From Octopus sinensis (lineage: Eukaryota), in the NCBI RefSeq assembly GCF_006345805.1, contig NC_043000.1, positions 153,326,001 to 153,390,000 of the forward strand: a stretch of 64,000 nucleotides of DNA, given 5' to 3'. The notes under the pieces were generated by a model. It saw nothing but the letters and a program-made list of their open reading frames with translations, made no database searches and was not told the DNA's origin. The position numbers were made by a program, and so were the translations under genes. Each line of letters starts with the position of its first letter. The stretch's first letter is position 1. This document shows, piece after piece, positions 51,593 through 64,000 of the stretch.

Positions 51593-52962
51593 ATATTTCT
51601 TTAGAAATAAAGAAATCACTGAAATAGCTTTAAAAGTAGAAATGTGTGTGTGTTTGCATGGCTCGCACGCGCCTTTAATTGCTATAGGTCAAACCAAGAT
51701 CAAGATCAGTCATGCGTTGAAAGAAGGAATTTGGCCTAGAGACAATAAGATTTTTCTATTAATCTCTTTATCCTTATATGGGTTCATACTTACACACACA
51801 CACACACACAGATAAGTACATACATGCATACATACTTTTTACATGCATACATATGTATGTATACATACATGCATACATACATGCATATATATACATTTTC
51901 AGGAATATTCTGCTGTTTCTCTTGTCTCTGTCATTGTCCCAAAAGCATTTAATTGAATTCATTGGTGCCTCTTAGGTGGCAAAATCTATGATTTTTTATC
52001 ATAAAAGAGAGAATCCATTACATTTTTTAAAGAAACGAATACACCTTTGTATATTGAAAGAACGCCTCGTCATGCCTGATTGCTGGAATATGGGGGCATC
52101 CTGTATTGAGTGCTATATACCATTCGTAGCAGGGGTCCCAAATATCTAGATACCTAGGTTAATTTCCCCCTTCACCCCACTATAAATCCAGCCCTGCATG
52201 ACGTTATTGCCATATGATGGCTCCGCTTATGGCGAGATGAATTCATAAAATATGTCTCCGAATTTATTTAAATCCCGGTTATATTCATTTACATTCAATT
52301 AACTCGATAAAAGGTATTTTTGATAGTGCTTGAAGAAACATAACTATCAATTTTTAAGAAGCCTTATATCTCTGAAAGAAATCAATATTTAGTGTAATGT
52401 CTCGGAAATAAAGAAAAGCAAAGTTTAAGGAATTAACAAACAAGAGCACCGAGTACCCTTTCTTCGATCATGTTTATCTTACAAATACTGACCTTCGGTA
52501 GGTCAAAGGAATATATAAAAACAGTTTAAAAAATAGACAATACGGGTCTCAACTTCACTCCGTTTGTTCCAGTTTTATTTTCTTTGTAGATTGGAAGCTA
52601 AACGTTACGGGCGTTGTCTGATCGAACGGAAGAGACGCACAAACTTAGACGACATAAAGCAAATCCCTAATATTGACAAAACATATCATCACATAAAAGT
52701 GTTGAGTTTGAAATTACGTTAGAGGTAGGGCTAGGCGTACTGTTTACAATGTGCTCGGTACCAGCAATCACTGAATGTCAGCAAAAGTCTGGACAAACTT
52801 AAATACACTTTGAACTTCACATGTGTCACTCTGGGGACATTTCGTTATGAAATACATTTCACTGTACATTCAAAGGGGAACGAGAAGAGTTTCAAATCAA
52901 TATTTCTGGACTTCAACATACTATTATCATTTTTTTCATTAAACATTGATCATAGAAAAGGA

Positions 52963-52995
<33 letters not shown>

Positions 52996-53027
52996 ATAAT
53001 ATATATATATATATAATATATATATAT

Positions 53028-53220
53028 TCTTTTACTTGTTTCAGGGGGGACTTATTCTTTTGTAAGCCCAGTACTTATTCTATCGGTCTCTTTTGCCGAA
53101 CCGCTAAGTAATGGGGACATAAACACACCAGCATCGGTTGTCGTGCCACGCAGTGGGACTGAACCCGGAACCATGTGGTTGGTAAATAAGCTACTTACCA
53201 CACAGCCACTACTGCGCCTA
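53028..53220 (-). mobile_element. SINE family A with two internal deletions
   Basis: Tail, mid-3' module and head are joined directly. Confidence 0.85.
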
Positions 53221-53227
53221 TATATAT

Positions 53228-53278
<51 letters not shown>

Positions 53279-53281
53279 TTG

Positions 53282-53314
<33 letters not shown>

Positions 53315-53403
53315 GTATATATATATATGTATATATATAATATATATATATATATGTATGTATATATATATGTATATATATATATGTTATATATATATAT
53401 ATG

Positions 53404-53455
<52 letters not shown>

Positions 53456-53478
53456 TACATATGTATATATATATATAT
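53218..53478. repeat. (TA)n-rich microsatellite
   Basis: Direct reading. Confidence 0.95.
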
Positions 53479-54689
53479 ACTTGCACCCGTCATTAGAATG
53501 CGGCTATGCTGCAGTACGGCCTTCAAGATTTATTCGAATGAATCGGCTTATTTTCTTTTCAAGGTGAAGTTGCATTCATATTCACTTGCGTTGTGTTTCA
53601 TTTTCCCAATACAGCGGGTATTTCTAATAATTTTTTTTTTTTTTTCATATTTGTACCTATTCAAGTTTTGCTTTCGCCTTCGCGGAATCGATAAATATTG
53701 AGATCCAGTTAAATAGTTACGTCAATTCTTCTCTCTCTCTCTTTTCCCACTCACTCTTTCTTTCTCTCTCTATTTCTCTCTCTCACTCTATCTCTTTCTC
53801 TATCTCTCTCTCCCTCTTTCTCTTTCTCCCTATATTTCTCTGATTCTTTCTCTTTTTTCTCTCTTACTCCCATTGAAACAGTGACACTGCGCTGCGGAAA
53901 CGATTGAAGACAGCCGTGTAGCTAGAGAGTGTGCCGCCCGGGTCAGCCCTTGAGTTTGCTGCTCCCAACACAGGTCCACGAGCCTATACAGGCTTACACA
54001 ACAGAGCTAAAAGTCCTTCTCCCAGAAAGCATGATCGGAGATAGTGTTTGTAGAAACCACTCACCGTGTCTCTTTCTCCAGGATCGAATGGTGGGTGAGC
54101 AAGGTATTTGGAGCTTCTTTTCACAGAAAAGTCAAAATGGTACAAAACCCGGGCAATGACTGATTAGTTTTTGGCACGGCATGTGCGGAATTAAAGAAAG
54201 AAGATACACTATGCATGAAAATAAAATAAAAGGGACGGTTAAGGCTCAAATGCTTCATTAGGACTGACGCGTGTTTTAACAACCGCACGTCTATTATTAA
54301 AAAAACATTTTCCCTAACACCATTATGAACACCCTCATCAACATCTCTTCTATCTGTAACATCACTAGCAATACTTTAATAATTATTATTACCATAATTA
54401 CTGTTACAATTATTTACTTCTTTTGTCATTGTCTAATTCGGTGAACATCACCAGCACCACTGCCACAACCTTCATCCCTTTCGCAAAAAACTAGCAGTAT
54501 AACCCGGCGTTGCCCGAGTTTGTTTTTTAGTTGCGCTTAAAACGGCAGACTTTGATGTCGCGTTAACAAAGTTTTGACATAGTTTCAATCTTTTTTGAAA
54601 AGTAAAAGTTTTGCATTATGTAGCTTGTTATTCTCTTTAAGTGAACATTTTTCTGGTTGAAATACACCAAAAAATGGCGACACAGCAGT

Positions 54690-55432
54690 CAAAAAAATCG
54701 TAAAAAATAGGGATTTTCATAGAAAAATGTACCTTTTTGATGTAAATAAATTTTTGGTCTTAACATGTTCCGATTTGAATTTTTTCTTCTACGTAATAAA
54801 GAGCAACCCTTATTCTACCATACTCTCAATTTTGGTCAACTTGCGCCACAGGGTCTCGGAGGAGTTAGGGTTAGTTGAAGGCTACCAAACCTGCCACACA
54901 CACAAACACAGACAACTTCAGTTTCATATGTATAGATTCAAAAAAATCGTAAAAAATAGGGATTTTCATAGAAAAAAGCACCTTTTTGATGTAAATAAAT
55001 TTTTGGTCTTAACATGTTCCGATTTGAATTTTTTCTTCTACGTAATAAAGAGCAAGCCTTCTTCTATCATACTCTCAATTTTGGTCAACTTGCGCCACAG
55101 GGTCTCGGAGGAGGTAACGTTAGTTGAAGGCTACCAAACCTGCCACACACACAAACACAGACAACTTCAGTTTCATATGTATAGATTCAAAAAAATCGTA
55201 AAAAATAGGGATTTTCATAGAAAAAAGCACCTTTTTGATGTAAATAAATTTTTGGTCTTAACATGTTCCGATTTGAATTTTTTCTTCTACGTAATAAAAA
55301 GCAAGCCTTATTCTATCATACTCTCAATTTTGGTCAACTTGCGTCACAGGGTCTCGGAGGAGGTAGCGTTAGTTGAAGGCTACCAAACCTGCCACACACA
55401 CAAACACAGACAACTTCAGTTTCATATGTATA
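54690..55432. repeat. Tandem repeat, 249 bp x 3
   Basis: taaaaaatagggattttc recurs at 54701, 54950 and 55199; units differ by a few substitutions. Confidence 0.95.
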
Positions 55433-55664
55433 TATTTCTTTATTGCCCACAAGGGGCTAAACATAGAGGGGACAAACACGGACAGACAAAGGGATCAAGT
55501 CGTTTACATCGACCCCAGTGCTTAACTGGTACTTAATTTATCGACCCCGAAAGGATGAAAGGCAAAGTCGACCTCGGCGGAATTTGAACACAGAACGTAA
55601 CGACAGACGAAATACGGCTACGCATTTCGCCCGGCGTGCTAACGTTTCTGCCAGCTCGCCGCCT
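55433..55664 (-). mobile_element. SINE family B with an 18-bp TSD, inside the Helitron terminus
   Basis: ttcagtttcatatgtata at 55415-55432 and 55665-55682. Confidence 0.92.
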
Positions 55665-56169
55665 TTCAGTTTCATATGTATAGATTCATTAGCAGCATAA
55701 ACAGAAGCCAACACGTTCTTACAGTCGTTGTTACCATCAACCAGAACAAAACTACAATGATCATCTAATCATCACCATCATTGTCAAACTACTGCAGTAG
55801 CATCACCTCAGCCCTCGTAAGTATTAGCACCGATTAAATCCTTCATAATGGCGCTACGGCACACTTAGTACATTTCTAGAAATCCGCAATATCAGTTTTC
55901 AGCTAAGGCAAATAAATGAATGAATAAATAAATAAATAAATAATAAATAAATAAATAAATAAATAAATAAAAATAAGGGCCATTCATATAGCCACCTAAC
56001 AGCTGCTTTCAGGGGTACCTTTGGTGGAAGGGAATGACGGCAGCAGGGTAGAAGTTTGTTGAAGGTAACAGTAGAAGGAAGGGAATTATTATCTTTTGCA
56101 GTTTGGGCCACCAAGTGGGTATTTGTTTATTTTGTCGGTAAGTTGATAGGTATCTAGGCTGCTAAAGGA

Positions 56170-56715
<546 letters not shown>

Positions 56716-57004
56716 AAACGGTGGAGCGCCAGGCAAATGTGTATTGTGATACTGATCTCCCTTGAGAGTTTGCGTTCGGTTAAAAGGGTCTTATCATTGG
56801 TCCCTCTGGGTTCGATGAGGAAACTGCTTGACAATTAATGGAAACGGTTTAATCAGTTGTGTGTGGGTGAACCTATGCTTGTGTATATGTTATACAACAA
56901 GGAGAACTATTACACACCTCGCACAGGCCACACGCCCTTATAATAAATGTTAGTGAAAATGTCAATATACTAGTATATACACATGTCTTAAGTGTGTCTC
57001 ACTA

Positions 57005-57174
57005 TGGCTGTGTGGTAAGTAGCTTGTTTACCATCAACATGGTTTCGTTGTTCAGTCCCACTGCGTGGCACCTTGGCACAAAGCCTTGTGAGTAGATTTG
57101 GTAGCGGAAACTGAAAGAAGTCCGCTGTATATATTTGTGTGTGCGTGTGTGTGCGTGTATGTGTGTGTATGTGC

Positions 57175-57226
<52 letters not shown>

Positions 57227-57431
57227 ATGCTTGTGTGTTTGTGTTTGTCTTCCCACCATCGGTTGTCAACCGATGCTGGTGTGTTTATGTCTCCGTAACT
57301 TACCGGTTCGGCAAAAAGAACCCTGATAGAATAAGTCCCAGGCTTACAGAGAATAAGTCCTGGGATCGATTTCTTCGACTAAAGGCGTGCTCCAGCATGG
57401 CTACAGTCAAATGACTGAAACAAATAAAAGA
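57005..57431 (+). mobile_element. SINE family A
   Basis: Diverged match with a small deletion in the head module. Confidence 0.88.
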
Positions 57432-57444
57432 ATATATATATATA

Positions 57445-57859
57445 TACTCTTTTACTCTTTTACTTGTTCCAGTCATTTGACTGTGGCCATGCTGGAGCAC
57501 CATCTTTTAGTCGAGCAAATCGACCCCAGGACTTATTCTTTGTAAGCCTCGTACTTATTCTATCGGTTTTTTTTTGCCGAATCGCTAAGTTACGGGGACG
57601 TAAACACACCAGCATCGGTTGTCAAGTGATGTTGGGGGGACAAACACAGACACACAAACATATACACATACACATACACACATATATATATATATATACA
57701 TATATACGATGGGCTTCTTTCAGTTTCCGTCTACCAAATCCACTCACAAGTCTTTGGTCGGCCCGAGGCTATAGTAGAAGACACTTTCCCAAGATGCCAC
57801 GCAGTGGGACTGAAACCGGAACCATGTGGTTGGTAAGTAAGCTACTTACCACACAGCCA
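57445..57859 (-). mobile_element. SINE family A, tail-to-tail with the previous copy
   Basis: Full match. Confidence 0.9.
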
Positions 57860-58048
57860 ATATATGCATATTCTCTTCAAGTTTTAATTATCTGAAGTCT
57901 TCCTGCAAAGAAGGGGCTAGTTTCTAACAAAGAAATAAAGTCCTATCTTTGGTTTGTTGATAGCTAAATCAATGTCACATTTTGAACTTGAAAGAAGTTT
58001 CGTATATTTATTGCTCCGCTTAAAGATTGTATTCGTAATATTGGATCT

Positions 58049-58320
58049 ATGTATGTATGTCCTTATTGAGTTTTATTTTAAGATTTCTTGCCAATAGAAA
58101 AGAGTGGATTTCTAACATAGATCCCAGGCTCTTTCATTGGAATTCCAGTATGCATGTGTATGTATGTATGTATGTATGTATGTATGTATGTCCTTATTGA
58201 GTTTTATTTTAAGATTTCTTGCCAATAGAAAAGAGTGGATTTCTAACATAGATCCCAGGCTCTTTCATTGGAATTCCAGTATGCATGTGTATGTATGTAT
58301 GTATGTATGTATGTATGTAC
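58049..58320. repeat. 131-bp tandem duplication bounded by (TATG)n
   Basis: tccttattgag at 58060 and 58191; copies look identical. Confidence 0.95.
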
Positions 58321-59080
58321 GTATGTATGGATGGATGGATGGATGTATGTAGTCTTCGAATTAGCTTTCTCCTTTCTGGTTTTGAGAAGCTTAACTTCTC
58401 AAGATTGGTATTTAGGCAGTGTGTTATAAATACCGTATGTATGTATGGTTGCCTGCATGTATGTATGTATGTATGTTGGAATATACGTATGGAAATTGGA
58501 AAATCGCTTGTGGTTTCAACGTTGTTTCCCTACAGATAATAAAGTGAAGATCTATATGTGTTGTCCTACCTGGTATATGATTGTAAGAAGTGGGTAATGG
58601 GTGACCTATCGAAAGCATCTGAAACAGCTGGGTCACTTTTGAAAGGGGACCTGTTTTACCACGAACTTTATAACTTTAGTGAACATTTAGTTGAACCAGA
58701 TCGTATTTCCAGCCTGGTTCAATCCACCGTACACTAAAATTTACATTTTTTATTGCAGCAGGTACGCTATCAGCTGTTGGTTTCTCAAATGGCACAGACT
58801 TCGTTGTTGTCTTGCTTGTACTTTTATCGACCTCATAGAAAGTTATTTCACTTGAAATTAACTTTTATAAAATTACTTTTAGCTATAGGAATTTTTAATT
58901 AATATCTATTGGATGACTGGGATCTAAATGTATATGCAGAGGTCGATTATTAGGATTTGTTGAGGGTTCGTATAGATCGTGGTTTATGTCATGGTTTCCT
59001 AAAAGATGACAGATATCTGGTGGTTACTACTACTATTTTCAAGTTAAGCTGTTTAAAAGCAGTTCTGTAACAACTCAGAC

Positions 59081-60755
59081 TTTTTTTTTTTCGAAATAAA
59101 CCTGAATTGTTTTGGAAATTGTTTCAAGTGACTCAAAAATTTTCTTTAAACTAGGTGTTTTAAAAGACATTTCTGTAAATTATAACCATTTCCGCATGAA
59201 TTTTATCACGATGAGAGAAAAGTTGAAATTTTTTGTTCATTGATTTTTATATATTATACTAGAATATTACATGTCTTGTAACAGATGATGTTTGAGTGTG
59301 TACGTTGATCATTGTGGCTATTATTTCATAGGTACAATAATTATAAATTTTCTTTTCTAAACTTTGAAGAGCTCGTACAATATAACGTAAATATTTAGAT
59401 AATTAAAACCAAACTAAATAACAGATTTGTATATGTGCAATAAATATATACTATTCATGACAGTAGTTTTGATTACCTATCAAATAATTATAGCTGTAAC
59501 ACTAAATGATATCACCCAAGAGGGAAATTTCGTTCCCAGCATTACTCTTCATATAATGTAACACTCATGTTTTCTATAAGTATCGAGAAATTTGAAAGAA
59601 GTAAAATCTTAATTTTTGTACCTGTGTGACTGCCTGATATTACACGCAGTGGTAGAAGTATATTTCTAACATTACTCGCCGTAGGGCGAGTAAAACTAGT
59701 TACTATATAGTTTACACGTGGAGTCACGTGGCTTAGTGGTCAGGGTGTCAGCATCAAGATCGTAAGATTGTGGTTTCGATTCCTCGACCGGGCGACGCGT
59801 TGTGTTCTTGAGCAAAACACTTCATTTCAGGTTGCTCCAGTCCACTCAGCTGGCAAAAATGAGTAACGCTGCGATGGACTGGCAGCTGGGGAACACACGC
59901 GCCATAGAAACCGGGAAACTGGGACCTAAAAATGGCATTTATTTATTTCATATAGTTTACAGGGGAGATAACTCTAATAAGATAGGAATTATGTTCTTTA
60001 GTGTAACTTGACAAAAACAACAATAAGCCTTATTAGTATGAAGTACTTACTAATGAATCTTTTCCCTTTCGGAGTATTCCTGTGTCTGTATTCTTCAAAT
60101 GTTCTTTTATCATTTTCGTTCTCTTTTCTACTTTTATTCATTTTGTCTCTCTCTCCTTTCTTCTGATTCAATTTATATGTGTAAGCACCGGTATATTTCT
60201 TTTTTTTTATATTCTTTTTTATACCTTCTCTATTATTCTTACCTATACACTTACTTTAGCTGTTATGTCTTTCTTTTCCTTTTCTTTTTTTTACATTTAT
60301 TTTTATATATTCATACACTTCGTCTCATATATTTTCTCCCGTCTTATTTTGGATATTTTTTTCTGAATAAAAAAGACAACAGATCTGTAGGCCAGAGATT
60401 GGAATGTTATTGAGTGACTTCATGCTCGTCATTTGGATGACCTCTTTAAATGCTATCAAGGACTGCATATTGTTTGTAATCATACAGAGTTTTCCCCCAA
60501 AATAAATGTAATTATGCAGATCTTTTTTTAAAAATAAACCTGAACACTTTGGAAGGTCTTTCAAATGTCTCAAAAATTTTCCTGAAGCTAAGTGTTTAAA
60601 AGACATTTCTGTACATTATAACCTTTCGCATAGATCTTCTAACGATGAGAAAAGAAAGTTGAAATTTTTGCTCACTGATTTTTATATATTATACTAGAGT
60701 GTTACATATTTTGTAATAGGTGACGTTTCAGGATATATTTTGACTATTGTGGATA
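59081..60755. repeat. Old diverged direct repeat of about 235 bp (59081-59320 and 60523-60755)
   Basis: Shared blocks gtgtttaaaagacatttctgta and tgatttttatatattatactag; roughly 75-80% similar by eye. Confidence 0.75.
59718..59910 (+). mobile_element. SINE family C 5' half
   Basis: gtggcttagtggtcaggg (A box), ggtttcgattcc (B box), ttgtgttcttgagcaaaacactt...tccactcagctgg. Confidence 0.78.
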
Positions 60756-61964
60756 GAATATAACTCAGAAACACTATTCACGTGAAAAGTAATGGTTAAG
60801 TTATATGTTAGTTTTATATCAAGAGGCAGGTTCCATTTTATTAGAAAAATACTACATTTAATATATTTTCAGGTTAGACTACAGAGCTTTTGAAGCTTAT
60901 GAAATAACTATAAATACTTCTCTGAAATAGTGTAAAAATGAATATTATATTCAATATTAATATATTGAAGTGGAAAAATAGACATGTGGGGAATTTCCAT
61001 GGATAATTCGGAATCTATTTCCATATGTTGAAATAAAGATTAAATGCTCCAGTATCGAGCAATCTTCCATGTATAGCACCGAAATCTTTATTATTTTAAT
61101 TCAAAACACTTTTAAGCGTTAATTTCCCTTCAAGCGTTAATATCATATCAATAGATATGATACCAGACACAAGAATTTTTAGGTTAAAATGTTTATAATA
61201 ATATTTTTCATTGAATTTTCTATCAACTATAGACTTTCTATAGGCACAACTAGACATCAATATACAGCAGTCAGACAGATCACTAAAACTAGAAATATCT
61301 TCTATAAAACCAATGCTAATAAAAAGGAAATAACTCAAGTGAGTCAATGATACGAATTGATGTAAATAACTTTAGGAGTGTTATAACGAATGATGTGCGC
61401 AAAGATGCATTAGTCGTAAACGATGTCGACCCTTATAAAACAATGAAAATACGAGTTACAAGCAAGAACAAAAACAAAAGAAAAAAATCAAGAGACGATC
61501 ACAGTTAATCTTATAAATTTGTTGCTCAAAGACGACATAAATGTTATAGAGTAAAATTTATCTAGAAAAAAGTTATAACGTTTCGCACAAAGTTCTTCGT
61601 CAGACATTTGAGGTGAGGAAACTGGGAAGAGAAAATTAAGAGAGGCAGATGCAGTTAGAGTTATTAGAAATCCATCACTGATGCTGGTGCAATAAAAATT
61701 ATTGACTCTGATTTGAATGAACTGTTCACAATTCCACGATAAATATACAGGAATGTATCTGAACAGAAAATTTTACGGGAACCTCTAACTGATAAAATAA
61801 TACATTGATGATTTCACTTGCTTCTATCAGCTCATGCACAGAAGAGAGAGGCCAGCGTACACATTGGGAAATAACATAAAAGTTATTTTCCAAGTTTTCC
61901 CTATAATAAGCTGTTTTTTGTTTGTTTGTTTTATTTTTAGAAGACTTCAAATTTGAAGACATTC

Positions 61965-62190
61965 TATTGAAGACGATTTCATCTCAATCCGGGTTGCGGA
62001 TCCGTGGAATAAGCTGCCGGACGGGATGGTGAAGATGCCGACGACCGCTCGGTTCAAAGTCTCCCTTGACCACAAGTGGCCTGAACTCTTTACATGAACA
62101 CCACCCTGTACATAAATTCCATGTCCCCCTACATGGCCTTGCTTTTTGCTTTTTGAGCCAAAAAATTAACTGACTAACTAACTAACTATT
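61965..62190 (+). mobile_element. CR1-type LINE 3' end fragment
   Basis: FISIRVADPWNKLPDGMVKMPTTARFKVSLDHKWPELFT* fits the CR1 ORF2 C-terminal pattern (RVxxxWNxLP...FKxxLD); ends in a (CTAA)n tail. Confidence 0.75.
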
Positions 62191-62749
62191 ACAATTATTA
62201 TGTTCTTTATTTCAAAGTCGCCTCTCTCACGGTTTAGCTAAAAGTATTAGAAAAAGGGAAAATACTTCTTTTAATATTTTGGGGCAACTATCTTCAGTAG
62301 AATTACGAATGGAGAACAGCATCTAAAATTCAGATATTATACTTAAAAAAGTAACTAGGTAAATATCGATTTTTTTAACGCAGGCATGAGGTAACATAAC
62401 TGTACGTTTCAATGAGAGACAGATATGAAAATGTACAGCGATCCCAATACAAGTATGGTACTAGTATCAATATTGAAACGATGACCGCTCAAAATCAACG
62501 CTGCGGCAGGATTTGAACTCAGATCATTAAATAAAAGTAATTAAACATTGCATATCAGTTACTTACGCGTATATTCTACTGTGTCATTAAATCCACTGCC
62601 TCGCCAACCCATCGGCTTTAAAGAAAGGAGATATTAAGAACGTTACAAGAACAGATAGCAAAAACAGAAGCTCAAGCAACATAATGAAAACAACATAGAG
62701 CCGAAAAAAACAGAAAAATCAAGATGCAAAATAAGATACTGAAAACTAA

Positions 62750-62800
62750 AATAATAATAATAATAATAATAATGATAATAATAATAATAACAACAATAAA

Positions 62801-62835
<35 letters not shown>

Positions 62836-63123
62836 TAATAATAATAATAACAATAATAATAATAATAATAATAATAGTAATAATAATAATAACAATAGTA
62901 ATAATAATAATAACAATAATAATAATAATAATAATAATAATAGTAATATAATAATAATAACAATAGTAATAATAATAATAACAATAATAATAATAATAAT
63001 AATAATAATAGTAATAATAATAATAACAATAATAACAATGATAATAATAATAATAATAACAATAATAATAATAATAATAACAACAATAATAATAATAATA
63101 ATAATGATAATAATGATAATAAC

Positions 63124-63155
<32 letters not shown>

Positions 63156-63327
63156 TAATAATAATAATAACAACAATAATAATAATGATAATAATAACAA
63201 TAATAATAATAATAATAACAACAACAATAATAATAACGATGTAAAAACGATGTAAAAAAATAAAAATGATAATAATAATAATAACAATAATAATAATATA
63301 ATAATGATAATGATAATAATAATAACA

Positions 63328-63375
<48 letters not shown>

Positions 63376-63613
63376 GTAATAATAATAATAATATATAATA
63401 ATAATAATAATAACAATAATAATAATAATAATAATAATAAAATAACAGTAATAATAATAATAATAATAATATAATAATAATAATAATAATAAACAATAAT
63501 AATAATAATAATAATAATAATATAATAACAGTAATAATAATATAATAATAATAATAATAATAATAACAATAATATAATAATAATAATAATAATAATATAA
63601 TAATAATAACAAC

Positions 63614-63656
<43 letters not shown>

Positions 63657-63659
63657 TAG

Positions 63660-63696
<37 letters not shown>

Positions 63697-63719
63697 TAAT
63701 AATAATAATAATACAGTAA

Positions 63720-63761
<42 letters not shown>

Positions 63762-63763
63762 CA

Positions 63764-63811
<48 letters not shown>

Positions 63812-64000
63812 GTAATAATAATAATAATAATAATATATAATAATATAACAGTAATAATAATAATAATAATAATATAATAATAATAATAACAGTAATAATC
63901 ATAATAATAATAATAATAATAATAATATAATAACATAATAATAATAATAATAATAATAATATAATAATAATAACAGTAATAATAATAATAATAATAATAA
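62750..64000. repeat. Long (AAT)n array with AAC/AGT/GAT variants, running off the window end
   Basis: Direct reading. Confidence 0.98.

Larger units (their letters stand above)
54491..55684 (-). mobile_element. Non-autonomous Helitron with a triplicated 249-bp 5' end and a SINE-B insertion
   Basis: Same 3' terminus type as the 9131 element (cgggcaacgccgggttatactgCTAG|T); 5' A|TCTATACATATG. Confidence 0.75.

Noticed and set aside
53929-54159. Plus-strand 76-aa ORF after a long pyrimidine tract
   Set aside because: All three frames from the obvious acceptor stop early and the peptide is unrecognisable; the opposite-strand exon model has better splice signals.
54690-55432. CRISPR-like periodic array
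   Set aside because: Whole 249-bp units repeat with no unique spacers; there are no cas genes and the context is eukaryotic.
54727-55536. 269-aa ORF with three 83-aa repeats
   Set aside because: By-product of a 249-bp (3 x 83) tandem repeat in a Helitron end that runs into a SINE; no recognisable domain.
62643-63936. Long poly-I/L/Y ORFs (also poly-A/T/V/L at 56089-56834 and the MYVC/IYIY ORFs)
   Set aside because: Translations of microsatellites.

Overview
Eukaryotic nuclear DNA: AT-rich, with one 100-N scaffold gap (6761-6860), many microsatellites and no recognisable host protein-coding gene. The repeat families match my recollection of octopus repeats, so an octopod cephalopod is my best guess (inference, no database search). 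The window is almost all mobile DNA and its rearrangements. (1) A full-length R4/Dong-clade non-LTR retrotransposon (27536-31509) sits inside a (TAA)n array. Its single ORF of about 1217 aa (Myb-like, RT, CCHC, restriction-like endonuclease) is broken only by three single-A losses in A runs. Older copies of the same clade lie next to it. (2) About 20 copies of a two-module tRNA-headed SINE (family A), about 12 of a second SINE (family B) and 4 of a third (family C). (3) Decayed Tx1/L1, HERO/NeSL, RTE, CR1 and Penelope fragments; two Penelope remnants keep degenerate minimal hammerhead ribozymes. (4) DNA elements: two non-autonomous Helitrons, a mariner MITE, a fold-back mariner, a Merlin-like MITE with an 8-bp TSD, and two long palindromic elements in (TA)n runs. 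(5) A tRNA-Thr(GGT)-like cloverleaf. (6) Several local duplications whose junctions can be read from the sequence. I found no CRISPR array, rRNA or prokaryotic system. The best leads are the possibly intact microsatellite-targeting retrotransposon and the unclassified palindromic elements.
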